A stretch of 64,000 nucleotides of DNA from Patescibacteria group bacterium (lineage in GTDB: Bacteria; Patescibacteriota; Minisyncoccia; JAHIHE01; JAGLIN01), in the NCBI GenBank assembly GCA_041670805.1, contig JBAXYM010000003.1, positions 16,406 to 80,405 on the forward strand, given 5' to 3'. A model generated the notes under the pieces. That model was not told where the DNA came from. It made no database searches and saw nothing but the letters and a program-made list of their open reading frames with translations. Position numbers and translations under genes: made by a program. This document shows positions 58,430 through 64,000 of this stretch, in pieces. How positions within the stretch are numbered: position 1 is the stretch's first letter; every line of letters begins with the position of its first letter.

Positions 58430-58445
58430 GTTGGATTTCCGATTT

Positions 58446-60881
58446 CTATTTCCTAACGAGCGCCAGCGCGTAAATCATATCCTTGCTTAATTTTTCCGAT
58501 ACGCTGTTGTCTGCTTGCACTTTTTCCGTTTTCCAGACCGCTTTTAATTGTTCGGGAAGCTTGATGCTTGCTTTGAAATCGCTACCGACGGATCCCGATT
58601 GTTTTTGGATGATGGCGCTGTAGGCATCCACTTCTTGGTCGGACGATTTGAAGTCTATTTTAAAAGGCAGTTCGTATTTATAGACGACAGTTACTTCTTC
58701 TTGCGGACTGACGTAAACCCAATTGCCGAAGACCGTTTTGCCTGCTTCCTCAAAAACCTGTGTCCCTGATACGGAGTCAACTTTGATTGTTTTTTCGGCA
58801 GCCTCCACGTCAGCGTCGGTCTTGAAGTTGGCGTAGTCTATAGGGGGATTATATTCTTCCACGGTGTTGCCGGACGCTTCCAAAAGAATGCTCCCCTTCG
58901 GCACATAGACGCGCATATAATCGGCATTTACGCGATTGTACCAGTCGTATTCTTCGTTTCCGCCCAAGTGCTTGCGCTTTATGGTGACCGTGTTTACGAC
59001 TCTGCCGTCTTTTTGAATCTCGGTCTCCAGATTGATTTTTTCTTCGATGACCGCATCCGTTTTGTAGCCGTTGATGTTTGAATTGATTATGGAAAGATAG
59101 TCGCCTTTTTCATTTTGGATGACCTCTCCGCCCCAGCCTCGTTTCTTAATCATGCTTTCAATCGTTGCGTCGCGATGATATATGAGGATATGTTTTTCCT
59201 GGAGAGATTCTTCGCCGATTCGGACAATTTCCAATAATCTCGCAATTCCGTCTTTTGAATCGTTAGCATCGGACCGGAGGATTTTTTCAAGCAAGACAGG
59301 CGCCAAATCCGCCAAGATTTGCTTGGGGCGATTTTCTTTTTGGTCGTAGAGATTTTCCACTTGATCTTGAGTTTCGGCGACGAAATTATCCGCCGTTATG
59401 GTAATATTGTACGCCGGCATTTCAATAGGACCCGTGATGGCGAGGAGTTTTTTTACCGTTTCCGGAGTGATGGCAATCACGCCGTCCACGGTAGCGCCGC
59501 CGGTTTTTTCATATAAGAGAGCGATCTTTTTTGCGCTGGTCGGAAAATCCGCAAACCAGTTGGCGTCGTGCATGCTCCAACTGGAGCTGATTTTTTGGAC
59601 AGGCATCGGCGGCACAATTTTTTCCTGAAGCTGTCCGTCGGGATTGTAGATGCCATCAATGCTCAGGTTTTTGATCTTGCCATTTTCAATATCCAGAATG
59701 CCGTAGCTGCCGATAAATCCTCCAGTGGCGCGCATCTCGCTGTTGTTCTCAAAAAGCAGGAGATATTTTTGCGGCTGCTCGCTGCCCAGCATCTTGGAGA
59801 TGAGCGGATAGTCTTCGGCGAGCTTTTGGAAATTGGACGAGACGGGTGGCAGCGTGTTTTTTGCCAGCTCGATTTTTTCCCGCATATTCTGTGGAATATA
59901 TTTGACATCCACTTTGTCGAGGTTGTCGCTGGCGCTCTCGAGGTGCTCCGAAGCGCTTTTTATATTTTCCTCCAGCCCGCTTATTTTTTCCAGCAGTGTC
60001 TTGCTGTCGCTTTCGGAAGAGACTTTTTCCAGCATAGCGCTGAAGTCTTTTCCTGCCAGTGAAATATTTTCTCCCGCGGTGGTGAGATTTTGGGCGGTGG
60101 AAAGCGGGGTGTCGATGGGAAGCTCGGCGATGGTTTCTCCGATGCCCAGCCCGATGCCGTCAACCGTCTCGCGGGCTTTGGCGAAATTCAGATTCGCCGA
60201 CGCAAAATTTTCTCCGGTCATAATGAAGTCGGACGCGAGAGCGTAGCGCGCCGCGGATTTCAGGTCGTTATAGGCCGAGGTGCTGTCTCCCAAAACTTTT
60301 CCCTTTCGTTCAAATTGCGACTGCGTGAAAGAGAAAGTAAAAATGATGGCGGGTATCATAAAAGAAGAAACGGCGAAGCGCAGCAAAGATTTTTTGCGAC
60401 AGATGTTCACTCCGGACAATTCAGGCGACGAAAAACGCGCCGTGGATGTCGAAAGCGGCAGCAGCTCGGTTTTTGTTGCAACCAAAAACGCGCCGCGGTT
60501 TTTGCCAAGCCTTTTCTTCTCGGCGGCTCGCAGAAAATTGTGGCTGTTCGGCGCACTCCTCTTCTTTGCAAAAATCGGCGCACTCTCAACGTCCTTTCTG
60601 CCTGCAAAAATTTGGTTTGGCTTTTCGGCGAAAACCTCTCGTGTTTCTTCCGGGGTAAATACTTCCCGCTCCGACATTTTTTCTTCCCGGTAAAATCTTT
60701 CGTCTTGCGGTCTTACGTCAAAATATTTTTTTCCGCCGGGAACCACCTGAAAGACCTTCTTTTCTTTCGGCGCGCGAGAAGTCCGAACCGATCGCTCGTC
60801 TTTTGCCAAAGCGCGCAGGTCTACCACTCCTCTTGCTCCGGAGCCTTGCAGCTGATTTTTCTTCTTGTTATCAATATCCAT
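58446..60881 (-). CDS. DUF4012-like membrane-anchored protein
   Basis: YLLLFENNSEMRATGGFIG, DANWFADFP, NING.K motifs. Confidence 0.8.
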   Translation of the reverse strand: MDIDNKKKNQLQGSGARGVVDLRALAKDERSVRTSRAPKEKKVFQVVPGGKKYFDVRPQDERFYREEKMSEREVFTPEETREVFAEKPNQIFAGRKDVESAPIFAKKRSAPNSHNFLRAAEKKRLGKNRGAFLVATKTELLPLSTSTARFSSPELSGVNICRKKSLLRFAVSSFMIPAIIFTFSFTQSQFERKGKVLGDSTSAYNDLKSAARYALASDFIMTGENFASANLNFAKARETVDGIGLGIGETIAELPIDTPLSTAQNLTTAGENISLAGKDFSAMLEKVSSESDSKTLLEKISGLEENIKSASEHLESASDNLDKVDVKYIPQNMREKIELAKNTLPPVSSNFQKLAEDYPLISKMLGSEQPQKYLLLFENNSEMRATGGFIGSYGILDIENGKIKNLSIDGIYNPDGQLQEKIVPPMPVQKISSSWSMHDANWFADFPTSAKKIALLYEKTGGATVDGVIAITPETVKKLLAITGPIEMPAYNITITADNFVAETQDQVENLYDQKENRPKQILADLAPVLLEKILRSDANDSKDGIARLLEIVRIGEESLQEKHILIYHRDATIESMIKKRGWGGEVIQNEKGDYLSIINSNINGYKTDAVIEEKINLETEIQKDGRVVNTVTIKRKHLGGNEEYDWYNRVNADYMRVYVPKGSILLEASGNTVEEYNPPIDYANFKTDADVEAAEKTIKVDSVSGTQVFEEAGKTVFGNWVYVSPQEEVTVVYKYELPFKIDFKSSDQEVDAYSAIIQKQSGSVGSDFKASIKLPEQLKAVWKTEKVQADNSVSEKLSKDMIYALALVRK

Positions 60882-60895
60882 TTTGCGTATGCTTT

Positions 60896-62026
60896 TTATA
60901 TTTTTTCATATAGCTCAAGAGTCTCCCTTCCCATCTTGTTCCATTCGTATTTTTTGATTTGTGCGAATCCGTTGCTCTTGAGTTCATTATACAGTTTTTT
61001 ATCGCTAAAAACCAGATGTATCTTTTCTGCCATATCTTTGGGGTTTTGCGGATCAAAATATATCGCGCCGTTTCCCAGTATTTCCGGCAAACTGGTGCGG
61101 TCGGAGGAGATGACAGGTGTGCCGCAGCTCATCGCTTCCAGCCCGATAAGTCCGAATCCTTCATAAAAAGACGGAATGATAAACGCGGCGGCGGCGTTAT
61201 AAAAAACGGGAAGCTCCTCTTGGCTGATGAAGCCGACAGGAATGACGTCTTGTTGCAGTCCGAGTTTTTCCCAAGCCTCGCGCACCTCCGGATAAAACGG
61301 GTCTTCTTTGCCTCCCAGCACCAAGCTGATGTCAAGGCGATATTTTTCTTTGGCGATTTTGAATGCTTCAATAAGCCCTACCAGATTTTTGTGGTTGCGC
61401 CAAACACCGGTGTAGAAAAGGAAAGGTTTTTTGAGCGCGTATTTTTTTCTCAGATTTTCCACGAGACTGCGGTCTTCAAGCGGGCGGAATTGTGCGTCCG
61501 CGCCTTCGTAGATCACTTGTATTTTTTTGTCTTTGACTTTGAAATATTTGACGATGTCGTTCTTGGTCGAGTTGGAAACGGCGATGATTTTTCGAGCCTT
61601 TTTGACGGAAAAATAAAAAACCAATCGGAAGCCCAAACGGCGCAAGGGCGATTTCATTTTGTGTCCGGGGAAGAAAAACGGCGTCACATCGTGGATGGTG
61701 GTGACGGATTTGCGAAGATACAAAATGGGAGAATTGAAATGCGTGAAATGCATCAGGTCGAGATTTTCTTTATAGAGCGTGAAAGGAAAAATAATTTGTT
61801 CTCTCCAACCGTACCATTTGCAGGAAGTTTTTACCTTGCGCACCCTCTCGTTCGGAATCGGAAAACTATCGAATTCTTCCGGCATCAAGAAAATAACGTA
61901 ATTGTTCACGCGGTCGTTTTCAAAAACATACTCAAGTAAGTGGCGGATGTAGTTGCCTATCCCCGTCTGGGCATAGCCGAACATCCGCGCATCAATGCCG
62001 ATGGTTTTGGGTTTTTGATTTTGCAT
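60896..62026 (-). CDS. Glycosyltransferase family 4
   Basis: [20 protein letters not shown]; start reset to MQNQK because the longer ORF runs into the repeat. Confidence 0.9.
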   Translation of the reverse strand: MQNQKPKTIGIDARMFGYAQTGIGNYIRHLLEYVFENDRVNNYVIFLMPEEFDSFPIPNERVRKVKTSCKWYGWREQIIFPFTLYKENLDLMHFTHFNSPILYLRKSVTTIHDVTPFFFPGHKMKSPLRRLGFRLVFYFSVKKARKIIAVSNSTKNDIVKYFKVKDKKIQVIYEGADAQFRPLEDRSLVENLRKKYALKKPFLFYTGVWRNHKNLVGLIEAFKIAKEKYRLDISLVLGGKEDPFYPEVREAWEKLGLQQDVIPVGFISQEELPVFYNAAAAFIIPSFYEGFGLIGLEAMSCGTPVISSDRTSLPEILGNGAIYFDPQNPKDMAEKIHLVFSDKKLYNELKSNGFAQIKKYEWNKMGRETLELYEKI

Positions 62027-62049
62027 AAAATTAGGAGTTACGGGGTTGG

Positions 62050-62370
62050 ATTTTCGGATTGTGAATTTCCGGATTTCGGATTCCGGATTCCGGATCACAT
62101 CAGAAATGATGTGAACCACGCGGGACAAAACGTTCTCGCGAGACATTTTTCACTATCTCTGGTGTGATCCGAATGCAAAAATGCATTTATGAATTTCGGA
62201 TTTTTGTATTATGGATTTTGAATTTATGAATTTCCGGATTCCGGATCACATCAGAAATGATGTGAACCACGCGAGATAGAACGTTTTTACGCAGCATTTC
62301 ACACCATTTCCGGTGTGATCCGAATGCAGTCAGGATGCAGTCGGAAATGCAGTCTGAATGTACACTGCAT
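62050..62370. repeat. Two REP-like doublets with degenerate 7-nt spacer repeats
   Basis: Doublets at ~62092-62180 and ~62243-62328; ATTTCGG/ATTCCGG-like heptamers; ATGCAGTC repeats. Confidence 0.85.
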
Positions 62371-63519
62371 TTATTTCTCAATAAACCCCAGCGTCTCCTC
62401 GGCGCATTTGTTCCAGTCGAAAAGTTTTGCTCTCGCGCGTCCCCGGGCGGAGAGAAGATTGGCGAGCTTGGGATCGCTTAGTACTTCCTTTATAGCTTTG
62501 TAAAGTTCATCGGGATTCGCAGGACTGACGATCACGGCCGCGTCTCCCACCGCTTCCGGGATGGAAGAAATATTGGAAGTGATAACCGGCGCGCCTTGTG
62601 CCATCGCTTCAAGCGGCGGGAAACCGAAGCCTTCGTAGAAAGACGGATAGACAAAAAGTTTTGCCATACGGTAAAGGGCGGGTTTGAATTCGTCCTCCAC
62701 AAAACCGGTGAAAACGATGTCGCCACGCGCGGAAAATTTTTGCGCGGTCGTAAAAATGTCATCGTAGAGCCATCCTTTGGCGCCGGCGATTACCAGCTTA
62801 AGTCCGGAATTTTTGAAAGGCGCTTCTTGTTTCAGCCTGTCAAAAGCCTTGAGCAAACTCACGACATTTTTGCGCGGCTCCAGCGTACCGAGATAGAGGA
62901 TATAATCGTCGGGCAGATCATATTTTTTCCTTGCATAATTTTCCTCTTGCGACGAAATTTCTTTTTTAACTTTCTCGCTCAATCCCGAATATATGACTTT
63001 GATTTTTTCCGGCGCAATCCCATAAATTTCCACAAGGTCTTGCTTGGTGGATTCGGAGACTGTGATGATCTTGTCGGCGCGCTTTGCTTGTCGGCGCGGG
63101 TTCATCGAGAAGTGCCAGAAATTTTTCTGCGAAGAATAAAACTCGGGATATTTCTCGAAACTGAGGTCATGAAAAGTCACTGTTTTTTCGCAGCGGTTGC
63201 TGACGGAAGAAAGAAAAATGTGCGGCGAGAAAAACTTGTCTACGCCGCCCAAGAGTTTGTCCGCTTTGGGAAAATCAAGCAAGCGGAGAGTTCCGTCCAA
63301 GACGCGGTTGGGAATATGGAATTCCATAAGCTCGACATTGGGGAGCGCAAGCCAGTCGAAGTCCAATTTTTCTTTTTTCCAGCCATTGTAAAAAAGTTTG
63401 AAATGGACGTTTTTATCCAGCGGCAGCATATGCTTCAAAAGTTCGGAAGTATATTCTTCGATGCCTGTTTTGTTCGCGCGCGCGAGCATCCGGATGTCGA
63501 TGCCGATGGTTATACTCAT
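62371..63519 (-). CDS. Glycosyltransferase family 4
   Basis: [24 protein letters not shown]. Confidence 0.92.
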   Translation of the reverse strand: MSITIGIDIRMLARANKTGIEEYTSELLKHMLPLDKNVHFKLFYNGWKKEKLDFDWLALPNVELMEFHIPNRVLDGTLRLLDFPKADKLLGGVDKFFSPHIFLSSVSNRCEKTVTFHDLSFEKYPEFYSSQKNFWHFSMNPRRQAKRADKIITVSESTKQDLVEIYGIAPEKIKVIYSGLSEKVKKEISSQEENYARKKYDLPDDYILYLGTLEPRKNVVSLLKAFDRLKQEAPFKNSGLKLVIAGAKGWLYDDIFTTAQKFSARGDIVFTGFVEDEFKPALYRMAKLFVYPSFYEGFGFPPLEAMAQGAPVITSNISSIPEAVGDAAVIVSPANPDELYKAIKEVLSDPKLANLLSARGRARAKLFDWNKCAEETLGFIEK

Positions 63520-63523
63520 AGCT

Positions 63524-64000
63524 TCAGGCAAAATATTTTTTTAAAAAGGCGGCGAAAACGCCGAGAAAAGCTCCCGACAAAAGCCCGACCAAGAGATTTG
63601 TCGTCGCGTCGGGTTTGTCTTCGATGACGATCGGACGGTTATTCTCGACCGAAAAGGCGATTTCATTTTGACTCCGGTCGCCGGATTGCTTCAACTGTTC
63701 GTTGACGGTTTGGGTAAGGGCCGCGGCCAGTTTTTCCGCGTCTTGCCGGTTTGCGGTTCGGAAGCTGACTTCGACATAGGAGTTGGACATTTTTTTGGCG
63801 GTAAATTCTTTCTTGTAGCTTTTGATGTTTTTAAAATCCGAGTTCACTCCCGACGCGCTGTAAATCTCCTCGACCACCTGCGGGCTTTGCAGCATTTTTT
63901 CCACGTTGTCCGCCACGATCTCCCCCGATTGCAAAGCGTAGTAGCCGTCATATTTGAATTCGTCGGTGGTTTGCGCGCCGTTTTTGGCGATAAAAAGCGA
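63524..64000 (-). CDS. Wzz/YveK-like chain-length determinant, 5' end outside the window
   Basis: C-terminal P...NLLVGLLSGAFLG TM motif; lies next to glycosyltransferases. Confidence 0.6.
   Translation of the reverse strand, partial: SLFIAKNGAQTTDEFKYDGYYALQSGEIVADNVEKMLQSPQVVEEIYSASGVNSDFKNIKSYKKEFTAKKMSNSYVEVSFRTANRQDAEKLAAALTQTVNEQLKQSGDRSQNEIAFSVENNRPIVIEDKPDATTNLLVGLLSGAFLGVFAAFLKKYFA

Noticed and set aside
1-64000. Alternative genetic code (TGA read as Gly/Trp)
   Set aside because: TGA ends the element B recombinase close to where its paralogue ends, and the long genes are intact under code 11.

Overview
Chromosomal window from a small-genome bacterium, most likely CPR/Patescibacteria (Parcubacteria-like). 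This is inferred from the PrgI/VirB4-like cluster, tandem VirB2/TrbC-type pilins, a DUF4012-like gene, the rpsO-NYN-pnp order and use of the standard genetic code. Host-like DNA occupies about 1-7.5 kb and 47.9-64 kb. Between them, at the 3' end of tRNA-Ser(CGA), lies a visibly AT-rich 40.4 kb block. It resolves into two related elements in tandem: A (7497-27597; 20,097 bp core to core) and B (27594-47912; 20,315 bp). They share end sequences, a GCGG crossover core, an internally placed large serine recombinase and a ParB-MTase + MTase + TerS-like core; TerL is present in A only. Neither has a recognisable capsid, portal, tail or replicase gene. Their cargo is entirely different: type III RM, KAP NTPase, RecD-like helicase + nuclease, PP-loop ATPase + two TudS-like proteins, an Hhe-like helicase, an AAA_13 ATPase, a SEC-C/PIN-like protein and a LexA-linked Bub ubiquitin-like operon. 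The best candidate for an undescribed system is this family of ~20 kb terminase-bearing, satellite-like defence islands, which also holds a C4/CI-like RNA switch and a long structured leader. The host DNA carries a MITE (22-bp TIRs, 8-bp TSD) containing REP-like hairpin doublets, and a second GTCAT...ATGAC repeat family. All protein calls come from motifs read by eye; no database searches were run.
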